A stretch of 64,000 bases of DNA from a virus. A model generated the notes under the pieces. That model was given only the letters and a program-made list of their open reading frames with translations. It had not been told where the DNA came from and did not search any database. Numbering within the stretch: position 1 is the stretch's first letter; each line of letters opens with the position of its first letter. The stretch covers positions 82,348 through 146,347 of the IMG/VR virus record IMGVR_UViG_3300045256_000058; one strand, written 5' to 3'. This document shows positions 50,003 through 58,268 of this stretch, one piece after another. The position numbers and the translations under genes are program-made.

Positions 50003-50155
50003 TATGAAAAAGAAAACGTTACTTGTAAAAGAATCTAATGCAGTCGAAATAATCGAAGCATTTAGAAAATATCCAGAGTATGAAGTCGTTGTTGTAAAAG
50101 ATAACGACTTTTCTTTAGCTCTAAAAATATTATTACAACAGAGGTCAAATGTAAA

Positions 50156-50944
50156 ATGAAACTTGTTACTGGCGGAGGCATGGATGTTATGCACGATGCC
50201 CATAGAGTATTTTTCGCTCGAATAATAGATGCCGCGATTAATGAGTATCAAATAGATAGTATTATCTATATGCTTAAAACTAACGAGCATTTAGTGAAGA
50301 CTAGAAACTCTTATCGTCCTTATTTTGATTATGCTTGGAGATACAGAGATACAGCCAGATTTATTCATTCTAACTACCCTAAGCTTCGTTTCGATATTCT
50401 TCCTTATAATTCTGTATTAGATACTATCTCGGTATTGAATTCTGAAAGTGTAATCGGAGCATCTGAATATTACACAGGATTAGATAGTACAGGATTACCT
50501 ATTATTAGAATACCTGAGATTGGTGGTCATCATAGTTCAGATATTCTAAGCGCATTGAATGCAGCTTCCGCACAATCTCCATGTCACTATGTAAATATCG
50601 GAGCAGTCTTACTTCGGGCAGGAAATATAGTAGCAACTGGATTTAATAATAACGATTGTGATTCATGTCCGAAAACAATTGAATGGAAAGAAAGCGGAAA
50701 GCCTAACTACAATGATATTCAATATAAGAATGCGTGCAATGCTATTCATGCAGAGGATATGGTATTGGAAAACTCTTTACCTGGAGATGATTTGATTCTT
50801 ACTCATTCACCTTGTAGTAAATGTGCAAATTTAATTATTGAGAAACAAATTAGAAGAGTAGTTTATCTGAATGAGTATGTTTCTACAAAAGGTATTGATG
50901 TTCTAAAAAACGCAGGTATTCAAGTTAGAAAAGCGGGATTATAA
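50156..50944 (+). CDS. Cytidylyltransferase-like domain fused to dCMP deaminase
   Basis: N-terminal 'GGGMDVMHDAH' (HxGH-like) and 'HSSDI'; C-terminal 'IGAVL...TGFN...IHAE...THSPCSKC...VVY'. Confidence 0.8.
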   Translation: MKLVTGGGMDVMHDAHRVFFARIIDAAINEYQIDSIIYMLKTNEHLVKTRNSYRPYFDYAWRYRDTARFIHSNYPKLRFDILPYNSVLDTISVLNSESVIGASEYYTGLDSTGLPIIRIPEIGGHHSSDILSALNAASAQSPCHYVNIGAVLLRAGNIVATGFNNNDCDSCPKTIEWKESGKPNYNDIQYKNACNAIHAEDMVLENSLPGDDLILTHSPCSKCANLIIEKQIRRVVYLNEYVSTKGIDVLKNAGIQVRKAGL

Positions 50945-50946
50945 AA

Positions 50947-51468
50947 ATGGAAAATGATATTGTTCAATTACTACATGGAGATACGCTAGTAGATAAAGCT
51001 GACAATTTAAGAATTACTGCTCGACAGCATGGTGATAGCAACCTGTCAGCATTAATGTCTCTACTTGTTTCTGATGCTAGAAAACTAGCTAAGGATGCTA
51101 TTGTCGAAGTAACTGATTCTCACATTACACAAGCTGCGAAGTCTCTTGTTAAGAAAAATAATGAAGCACTTAATATCGTAGCTAACAAAGTTGATTCAGA
51201 AGCAAAACAGCAATACAGTAATCAACTATTACGTGAGAATTTAATTCTACATAATTTTATTCCTCAAGCTCTAAGTGACGATGTAGTAGAAGATATTATC
51301 CGTACTGAACTTAAATTTGATATGACGACTGCGGGATTATCTATAGGTAAGATAAAAGGTACGGTAATTAAAGCTCTGAAAGACTATGTAAACACACATA
51401 GTCTAAATATTGACTTTAGTAAAGTTCCTGCGCTAGTTGACAAAGTTATCTCTTCTTATGTAGAATAG
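50947..51468 (+). CDS. GatB/YqeY-domain protein
   Basis: 'VTDSHITQAAKSLVKK...EN.IL.NFIPQALSDDVVEDII...GKI.G'. Confidence 0.7.
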   Translation: MENDIVQLLHGDTLVDKADNLRITARQHGDSNLSALMSLLVSDARKLAKDAIVEVTDSHITQAAKSLVKKNNEALNIVANKVDSEAKQQYSNQLLRENLILHNFIPQALSDDVVEDIIRTELKFDMTTAGLSIGKIKGTVIKALKDYVNTHSLNIDFSKVPALVDKVISSYVE

Positions 51469-51766
51469 AGTAAGATGATAGACCTTATATCAAAGATATT
51501 CGATAAGCATACTTGGTTCAATTTACTTGTAATCTTGATAATGCTTCTGTCAGTAGTTAGCGGTTTGGTGATACTTACTTACTATTTCCCCGTATCTTTC
51601 CAGTTACAAACTAATGTTATTAGAGATGAGACATACGAAACTCACTATAAGACATATAGAACATGGAGTACGATTGAAAAACAAAATGGGGCTATTGTTC
51701 ATCTTAGTATCACTAACAAAGTAACTGTAAAAAGAGATAACCTTGTAGAAAAACCAGTGACGTAAT

Positions 51767-52201
51767 ATGAAAGGCTATACATTAGTGGAACTCTTAGTTG
51801 TCATTTTTATAATTGGCATACTAACTGCTATAGCCCTTCCAAGTTTCGTCAGTACGTCTTTTCGAGCAAAGGAAACTCAGGGTAGGTTATTCATATCTCA
51901 GATAAATCGTAGGCAACAAACTTACTTTACTGAGCATGGAGTATTCGCAAATAACCTTGAAGATTTAGGTATTGTGAATGAAAAACCTACCTTTTACAGT
52001 TTCTTTTTTAAGTCAAAAACAGGATATACAAAAGATGTCCAAGTAGATGCTACTCAGAATTTTTCTAATCCAAATATGAGAGATTTTAGAGGGTGTGCAT
52101 ACTATGTGCAAAGTACAGACCTTAGTAAAGCTCCCGATGTAGTTACTACTGAATTTTATGAATACTTTCCAAGTAATTCAATTCCTGTGACTTGTCCATA
52201 A
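51767..52201 (+). CDS. Type IV pilin-like protein (cyanobacterial PilA/GspG-H type)
   Basis: 'MKG|YTLVELLVVIFIIGILTAIALPSF...RAKE......I..INR.QQ.YF.E.G.FA..L..LG'. Confidence 0.9.
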   Translation: MKGYTLVELLVVIFIIGILTAIALPSFVSTSFRAKETQGRLFISQINRRQQTYFTEHGVFANNLEDLGIVNEKPTFYSFFFKSKTGYTKDVQVDATQNFSNPNMRDFRGCAYYVQSTDLSKAPDVVTTEFYEYFPSNSIPVTCP

Positions 52202-52204
52202 TGA

Positions 52205-52277
52205 TGCTAGGTAGCGCAAAGGCAGACGCGGCAAGCTGTTAACTTGTAGTATGTAGGTTCGACCCCTATCCTAGCAG
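52205..52277 (+). tRNA. tRNA-Asn(GTT)
   Basis: TGCTAGG/CCTAGCA; GCAAG-CTGTTAA-CTTGT; GTAGG-TTCGACC-CCTAT. Confidence 0.9.
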
Positions 52278-52295
52278 TTGATTTGAGAGTTAGAG

Positions 52296-52925
52296 ATGAT
52301 ACGAGAGTTTTTAAGACATTTATCTTATAAGGTAAAGCAAATATTTACGTCTCCAATAGTTCTTCTGTATTTACTTACGAATAGAAAAGAGACTATAGAT
52401 GCTGACTTAAAAAGATGGAAGTTTGTTAGAAATATGGGTGAAAAAACAAATCGAGGTCTTTTAGTTGTTTTATTTATGGGCAATAAAGAATATCGTAATT
52501 TGTTTTATCATCGAGTTCAGAGAGGGAATACTTTAGCTTGGATACTACTTCCAGTCTTTAAGTTTTTCTATCCACCTGAACCTACTCTAAAACTTTATGC
52601 TGACAATATCGGTGATGGATTGTATATTCAACATGGTATTGCCACTATTGTAAGAGCCGAAAAAATTGGAAAAAACTGCCACATTGGACAGCAAGTAACA
52701 ATAGGTTCAAACTATGGTTTACTTCCTACTATTAAAGACCATGTGTATATTTATGCAGGTTCAATTGTAGTTGGAGATATTGTTCTTGAAGATAATGTAA
52801 AGATAGGTGCTAATTCAGTTGTCATAAGAGATTGTGAAGCTAATAACACTTATGTAGGTAGTCCCGCTGAGAAAGTAGTTAGAAAAAGAGAGAAGTTATC
52901 TGATACTAACTATGTAACAGCTTAA
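52296..52925 (+). CDS. Serine acetyltransferase-like hexapeptide-repeat acyltransferase
   Basis: 'IGDGLYIQHG..T', 'IGKNCHIGQQVTIG', 'IGANSVV', 'VGSPA'. Confidence 0.85.
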   Translation: MIREFLRHLSYKVKQIFTSPIVLLYLLTNRKETIDADLKRWKFVRNMGEKTNRGLLVVLFMGNKEYRNLFYHRVQRGNTLAWILLPVFKFFYPPEPTLKLYADNIGDGLYIQHGIATIVRAEKIGKNCHIGQQVTIGSNYGLLPTIKDHVYIYAGSIVVGDIVLEDNVKIGANSVVIRDCEANNTYVGSPAEKVVRKREKLSDTNYVTA

Positions 52926-53478
52926 GTAATCTCAACCGAGAGGAGTGAGTTCTTTCCGCAAAGATAATAGTTCTACTCACTTAAATAAATTAGATATTGG
53001 TTAGCCATACCTTTATCGTAAAGAACTATATGCCGCTTTTTAACTGTTTATGAAGTTTAGCGAATCCTTGTGCGTAACAAGATAAAAGAAAAACTTCTGA
53101 TTGACGACTTCTTTGGTTAGGTTTATTATCGTCTTAAAATAAATATAGAACCTTTCGGCAGAAAGAAGGGTCTTTTAGACTCATAGCAACTGCCCAAACA
53201 AATGCTTTAAGTCACTGTTCAGTGTGACTCTAAATATAAGATACTGAACAACTAGGTGGTGCTTTACAGAGTTTTGGCACTTTGAAGACGATACCCAGAC
53301 ACTCGCCCTTGACGCGAGACACGGAGTACGGTATCATTCATGCGGCGGAGACACAATTCTGGTGCGATGTGGTATGGTAGTCCAGTCTATGACGTAAGTG
53401 GCGTAATTCCTAATTCCCCTCTATAGCCAGTGGAAACGTACTTATATTGAATAGAGTCTTTAATCAAAACTCTACTTA
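52926..53478 (+). ncRNA. Candidate large ornate RNA (~550 nt; ROOL/GOLLD-like size and setting)
   Basis: ORF-free. Long-range pairings 53004-53011/53371-53378, 53127-53135/53285-53293, 53268-53276/53465-53473; loop pseudoknot 53216-53223/53243-53250; abuts tRNA-Gln. Confidence 0.7.
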
Positions 53479-53479
53479 A

Positions 53480-53551
53480 TGAGGAGAAGACAAATGGCAA
53501 GTCGGCTGGCTTTGAACCAGTATATAGTGGGTTCGATTCCTACCTCCTCAG
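53480..53551 (+). tRNA. tRNA-Gln(TTG)
   Basis: TGAGGAG/CTCCTCA; GCTGG-CTTTGAA-CCAGT; GTGGG-TTCGATT-CCTAC. Confidence 0.9.
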
Positions 53552-53953
53552 TTTATTTTTAGAGTATTTTCGGAGGTTCTCATTATGGTTTACAGAATAC
53601 CTAATTTAGGTAGTTTATTTTTAGGAAGAGATGGTACATTTCTTTTTTCAATGGGTATTCCTTTCACTAAGGGTACTTATGCCATTGAAATAACAAGTTA
53701 TCCGGGTTTTTCTGGTCAGACAAATGGAATGTTCGAGCTTGAAGTATATACTCCGAATCGTGTTTATGATTTGGATATGTTCGTAGACTCCAATACAAAC
53801 AAACCTAAAATTGAATTTAATAGTTGGGAAAAATAATTATGAATACTAATGAATTGGTAGAAAATGCGTCCCGTAAAGTTCGAGCAGGAACTACAAAGGT
53901 TATGAATTATCTTGAACGTCAGGAATGGATTAAGAAGAATTTTCCTGGTATGT

Positions 53954-54337
53954 TTAAGAATGTTGACGAATCTTCAAACAATTAGAGCAAACAACATCAC
54001 ACTTGCTCATTTCAAATAGAATACTTTTTCTTCCTCTACCACTCGAAGCTGATATATCAAAGGACTTAAAATTCCCTTCTTTATAATCGAAATCCATTAC
54101 ATAAGAAGGGAACCTTTGATTACAGTCAGCACAAGGTCTATTTTTGTAGCTAGAAATAATATTCTCTAGATACCTCTTGTAATACTTGTTTCTATCCTTA
54201 TACTCTTGCTGATGAGTAGCATAATGAGTAGAAAGAATACTCTTTTGACAGTTTCTACAATAAGACTGTAAAGACTTACCTCTTTTATTAAATTCTGATT
54301 CTTCTAGCTCTTTATGGCATCTAGTGCATATCTTCAT
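53954..54337 (-). CDS. Zn-finger/HNH endonuclease-like protein, probably inactive
   Basis: 'KICTRC...EF...LQSYCRNC', 'PCADC', 'MDFDY' (usually DFDH), 'KCDVVCSNCL' (usually CANCH). Confidence 0.75.
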   Translation of the reverse strand: MKICTRCHKELEESEFNKRGKSLQSYCRNCQKSILSTHYATHQQEYKDRNKYYKRYLENIISSYKNRPCADCNQRFPSYVMDFDYKEGNFKSFDISASSGRGRKSILFEMSKCDVVCSNCLKIRQHS

Positions 54338-54780
54338 GTTTTGAATCCTAATTAATAATTCTAAACATAATTATACTCTCTTTGAGTGTTAGTATAAGAA
54401 TAGTTAAAGATATAAGAGGTTTTTATGTATATTAAGTCTTTACACACACGTTTTTATTACACATCCCGTTTCCAAGTGGTAGACACTGATGAAATTAAAG
54501 ATGTAATGGAACATGGTCAACCCCACTACTCTATTGATTCTTTCGATAAGCCAGTAGTTACAGGTAAGATTTACTTCATGGGTCTGACTGAGCAAGTAAC
54601 TGAAAATGATGGACAGATTGTTAGAACAGCTCATGTTCTCAGCGCACCAATTGACCACATTGACACTTACATTGAATACGGTTCCGATTACTACAATAGA
54701 TAGGTTTTTTTGTTAGGCAAGTTGATGTTCCGTACTTGCTTTAAGTGCGGAATTTTTTATGAAAAACTTATTCGTTTTAT

Positions 54781-54865
54781 GGAAGATGTCCGGTTGGTCG
54801 AGGAAACTATCTTGAAAATAGCTGAGATGAAATATGCTTCGGGGGTTCGATTCCCTCATCTTCCG
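54781..54865 (+). tRNA. tRNA-Ser(TGA)
   Basis: GGAAGAT/ATCTTCC, G73; CTAT-CTTGAAA-ATAG; variable arm; GGGGG-TTCGATT-CCCTC. Confidence 0.9.
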
Positions 54866-55390
54866 TTATAAGAGGTCATTATGTTTACTACAGAAAAAAT
54901 AGAATCACTTTTGTTTTTCATTAAAAGTGTTGGAATTGTTTGGGGAATACTACTGCTTATTATTGCTGCTATTGCTGGTTTTATAGGTATTACCTTTTGG
55001 TTAATCGCTCTAAATAGTTGGCAAGGATGGTTAGGTTTTACATTATTCCTTAGTTTAATAGTTGCTATTTCTGTCGTTATTCAATATTCCTAATATGTCT
55101 AAAACTCTAACAATAGAATTTAATGATTACATTAGTAAGGCAGTATTTGAGGAATGGTTACGAGATATAAGTAATACTGAGCAACTTAATCATTACTTTG
55201 CTAGAATGTATTCTATGGGAAGTCCCATGCCTAGAGAAGGTGAAACAATAGTAACTGCTTTGCAACGACATGCTAGAGAAACTGCCAGTATAGTAAAGAC
55301 TATGACAGTATTAATTGGTAGAGAGAATAAAGATAAATACGGTGTAGAAGTACACTATGACCCTAAATTCCTAGACCAAGATTAAAATAT

Positions 55391-55461
55391 GCGCCGTAAT
55401 TCAAAAAGTGAGAAGTCCACCTGATTAGTGGAATTAGGAGGGGCAGTACCTTCACGGCGTA
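55391..55461 (+). tRNA. tRNA-Ile(GAT), atypical T-loop
   Basis: GCGCCGT/ACGGCGT; TCCAC-CTGATTA-GTGGA; GGAGG-GGCAGTA-CCTTC. Confidence 0.75.
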
Positions 55462-55490
55462 TCTAAAACTGAATATTATACGGAGGTTAA

Positions 55491-55982
55491 ATGGTGGTGG
55501 AAATGCCTATCACAAATTGGCGTGTATCTGTTAAAGCCCTAGTCAGATACAATGGCAAGTACTTAGCATTTAAGACTATGGCTAAGTATATGAAGGTTCC
55601 TGATTTACCTGGAGGAGGATTAGAAATAAACGAGTCACCTTTTGAGGGTATAAAAAGAGAAATTAAAGAAGAGACTAATTTAGATATTGATACTTTAGAA
55701 TATATTGGTAATTTTCCTTTTATACAGCTTTCTGGTATCATAAATGTCGCAATGTTATTTGTAACTGAGATAGATGATATTTCTGAAATAAAACTAGAGC
55801 CGCATATTTCAGATGTTGAGTGGCTAACATTAGAAGAAATGATGCGACAACTTCCTATTCTAGCTGCTGCTCAATCTATCATTACTAATTCAGCTTGTAA
55901 ATCTAATGGAGCTTGTTATGGAAAGATGCGAAATATGCAAAAGAAGCGTGTGGGAGACGTGCCTATTCCGAGCAAATCCTAA
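55491..55982 (+). CDS. NUDIX hydrolase
   Basis: Nudix box 'LPGGGLEINESPFEGIKREIKEETNL'. Confidence 0.9.
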   Translation: MVVEMPITNWRVSVKALVRYNGKYLAFKTMAKYMKVPDLPGGGLEINESPFEGIKREIKEETNLDIDTLEYIGNFPFIQLSGIINVAMLFVTEIDDISEIKLEPHISDVEWLTLEEMMRQLPILAAAQSIITNSACKSNGACYGKMRNMQKKRVGDVPIPSKS

Positions 55983-56077
55983 AGGTGTTGTACCTGCGAT
56001 ATGGAGATGCAGAGAGCATACTACTACAGAAATAGACCCAGTAGTAGAAGATATTACACGAATTATAGAGGAATCTA

Positions 56078-56437
56078 ATGGAAGTACTAGACCCTGGACA
56101 TAAATATAAATTAAATACTTTAGATGGTGATGATGAACAAATACTTAGGTTTGTAAAACGTAACGACCCACCTCAAAAGTATCCGGGTAACACAGATGCG
56201 TATTCTGGTACTACAACACAAGATGTAATGAGATGCTTAATTGACCGTATGGAGTATGTCGAAAATCAAGCTCATAATCCGGTTAATTTAATGATTGCAA
56301 ATCTATTACGAATGTGTATTTGGTTACTTGAAGCCAGAGCAGCAGAGAAGAAAAACAAAGCACTGAGTATATTTACTCTAGATGGAGTAGAAACATATCC
56401 TACTCATCATGAGGATGGTCATATATTTCCACATTAA
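56078..56437 (+). CDS. Acb2/Tad1-like helical-hairpin protein (candidate immune-signal sponge)
   Basis: 'HKY...ILRFVK...GTTTQDVMRCLIDRMEYV...N......L....WLLEARAA' resembles the Tad1-type G.T..++..LIDR...N...L..A..WL..R pattern. Confidence 0.5.
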   Translation: MEVLDPGHKYKLNTLDGDDEQILRFVKRNDPPQKYPGNTDAYSGTTTQDVMRCLIDRMEYVENQAHNPVNLMIANLLRMCIWLLEARAAEKKNKALSIFTLDGVETYPTHHEDGHIFPH

Positions 56438-56488
56438 CGTAACAAATGATACGATATTAGAAGATAAATAATTCTAATATAGATAATT

Positions 56489-56992
56489 ATGAGTTACAAA
56501 TACATGGCAGATTTTGCTGCTCCTCTTCCTTTTCAAAGTGGCGGAAATTGGTTGTGGAATCGAGTTGCCACTGACGTAGGTTTATTAGCTGGCGGTGCTG
56601 CACATGGTATTGGAGCAGTAGCAAAAGCTGTTAAAAATAATACTCCTCTTGTTAATGACAAGATGCTAGGTAATGTAGCAAATAATATTCGTGATGTTTA
56701 TAAAACTCGCGGAAGAATGTTGGATGAACTAGATGCAGCAGGTAATCTAAAAGGACAGCTAAGACAGCAGGGAAGTAATGCAAGAGTTACTAGCTCAATT
56801 AAAAATCCTAGATTACAGCCTGAGCAGCTAAATGAGTTAAGAGTAGGTTCTCCTATGAAAGACGCTTCAAATCTTCGTAGAGAGGTAGACTATCTACCAG
56901 AACAAGCTGTAGATGGTAGAACAAGATATAACTTTCCAACTAATGAAGTTTCACCGATGGATATGCGAAAGTATAACAATATTCGTCGGTAA
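56489..56992 (+). CDS. Hypothetical protein (N-terminus MSYKYMADFA)
   Basis: 167-aa ORF with a Gly/Ala hydrophobic segment. Confidence 0.7.
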   Translation: MSYKYMADFAAPLPFQSGGNWLWNRVATDVGLLAGGAAHGIGAVAKAVKNNTPLVNDKMLGNVANNIRDVYKTRGRMLDELDAAGNLKGQLRQQGSNARVTSSIKNPRLQPEQLNELRVGSPMKDASNLRREVDYLPEQAVDGRTRYNFPTNEVSPMDMRKYNNIRR

Positions 56993-56997
56993 AGTAT

Positions 56998-57141
56998 CGG
57001 GAGATAGGCAACGTAGTTAGCCGCTGGAATGCAACAAAGTACCTCCGTGTACGCATAGACCGCAAAATCTATGCAGAGGTAGTCAGCAAGTAAAATGCTA
57101 ATAGGAGCCAGTGTATGTAGGTGCAAATCCTACTCTCCCGA
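56998..57141 (+). ncRNA. tRNA-like RNA with the anticodon loop replaced by a CAGCAA module
   Basis: CGGGAGA/TCTCCCG-A; GGC/GCC D-stem; GCTGG/CCAGT stem enclosing TACCTC/GAGGTA and CAGCAA (57084-57089); GTAGG-TGCAAAT-CCTAC. Confidence 0.7.
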
Positions 57142-57149
57142 CTAATTAC

Positions 57150-57218
57150 GGGGATGTAATGGTTTTCGACTGCTGAGTATTACTTGGTAGGACTTGGGTT
57201 CGACTCCCAACATCTCCA
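57150..57218 (+). ncRNA. tmRNA-like RNA consisting only of the tRNA-like domain
   Basis: GGGGATG/CATCTCC-A with G3-U70; stemless D-loop TAATGGTTTTCGAC; short hairpin; GGAC then TTGGG-TTCGACT-CCCAA. Confidence 0.75.
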
Positions 57219-57309
57219 TCGACATATAGTTTCCCGGTCACTTAATACTGGGTTCAGGGAAGGTAATTCTTCCCTTTTTTATTGGGTAAATTCCCTATTG
57301 GAGGTTAAT

Positions 57310-57663
57310 ATGGCTATTCGTAATGCAGACAGACAACGTGCAAACAATCAAATTAAAATGCTTTCTAATGAACAATTAGGTAAAATTGCGGATATTCTTT
57401 GTCATTACTTTATGAAATCGGCTGGTGGATATACCATTCGATATGTAGATGATATTCGTGATGATATGATTGCGCGTGGCTTACCTACCTCTGGTTTAGA
57501 TGGTATGGTACTTATTCTTGACAAACTTGGTTTCGTTACTCGTAAATCTAATTCTGGTCACTACTATGTCGAAATGAAACTTCGTCCTGGTAGAAAAGAT
57601 GAATGGGAGAATATGAGTACTGAATATCAGCTTGGCGAGAAGCTCTGTCTTGTTGGATGTTAA
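57310..57663 (+). CDS. Hypothetical protein, possible winged helix
   Basis: GGAGG RBS before MAIRNADR; 'ILDKLGFVTR...YY' is wHTH-like. Confidence 0.65.
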   Translation: MAIRNADRQRANNQIKMLSNEQLGKIADILCHYFMKSAGGYTIRYVDDIRDDMIARGLPTSGLDGMVLILDKLGFVTRKSNSGHYYVEMKLRPGRKDEWENMSTEYQLGEKLCLVGC

Positions 57664-57679
57664 GTCTTTGTGACACTTA

Positions 57680-57708
57680 TTGATTTGGCACAGACTATGT
57701 GCTATATT
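57680..57708 (+). promoter_or_regulatory. sigma70 promoter for rlpA
   Basis: TTGATT-17bp-TATATT with TGn extension. Confidence 0.6.
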
Positions 57709-57884
57709 AATATTTAAGCGCAAATAACATCGTTGCCTTCGTTAGACAGCCAATCGCTGTAGCCTAACGAACTTAGTTACTTCGGACTGAGCCAAAAACC
57801 GAAGCGTTGAAGAAGATACCGCATCTGAAACTCTCTTCCAAACCTCGATACGATAAGTCGGGGTGTTGCTTTCTAAAAATATAA

Positions 57885-58268
57885 ATGTTAAATAAAATCA
57901 GCAAACATCTACCTACTATACTGAAAACTAGCGCGATAGCTTTAGGAGCTTCGCTTTTTTCATGTCTAAAAGCTAACGCTGAAGTAGGTATAGCGTCAGT
58001 TTATGATGATTGGTATCACGGTAGACAAACTGCTAACGGTGATTATTATAGTATTTATAAAGACACCGCAGCAGCTTGTGGAATCCGATATGGTACTTAT
58101 CTGACAGTAACTAACATTCACAATGGGAAATCAGTTGTAGTCAAGATAAATGATACAGGTGGTTTTTGTCGCTCTACGAATCGAGTTCTTGATTTGTCTA
58201 GAAGCGCTTTTGAGAAACTCGGTGGAGTATATCCCGGTCTTCTAGATGTAGAAACAAGCTCTCATTAA
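57885..58268 (+). CDS. rlpA: RlpA-like double-psi beta-barrel lytic transglycosylase with signal peptide
   Basis: 'GIASVY...HGRQTANG..Y.....TAA....GT.L.VTN..NGKSVVVKINDTG....RVLDLSRSAF..LG'. Confidence 0.9.
   Translation: MLNKISKHLPTILKTSAIALGASLFSCLKANAEVGIASVYDDWYHGRQTANGDYYSIYKDTAAACGIRYGTYLTVTNIHNGKSVVVKINDTGGFCRSTNRVLDLSRSAFEKLGGVYPGLLDVETSSH

Noticed and set aside
27217-57218. tRNA-Lys and tRNA-Thr genes
   Set aside because: Searched by eye and not found; they may lie outside the window.
57730-57815. glnA glutamine riboswitch or c-di-AMP riboswitch
   Set aside because: It begins ATCGTTG but lacks the complementary CAACG and the E-loop; c-di-AMP consensus blocks are not evident.
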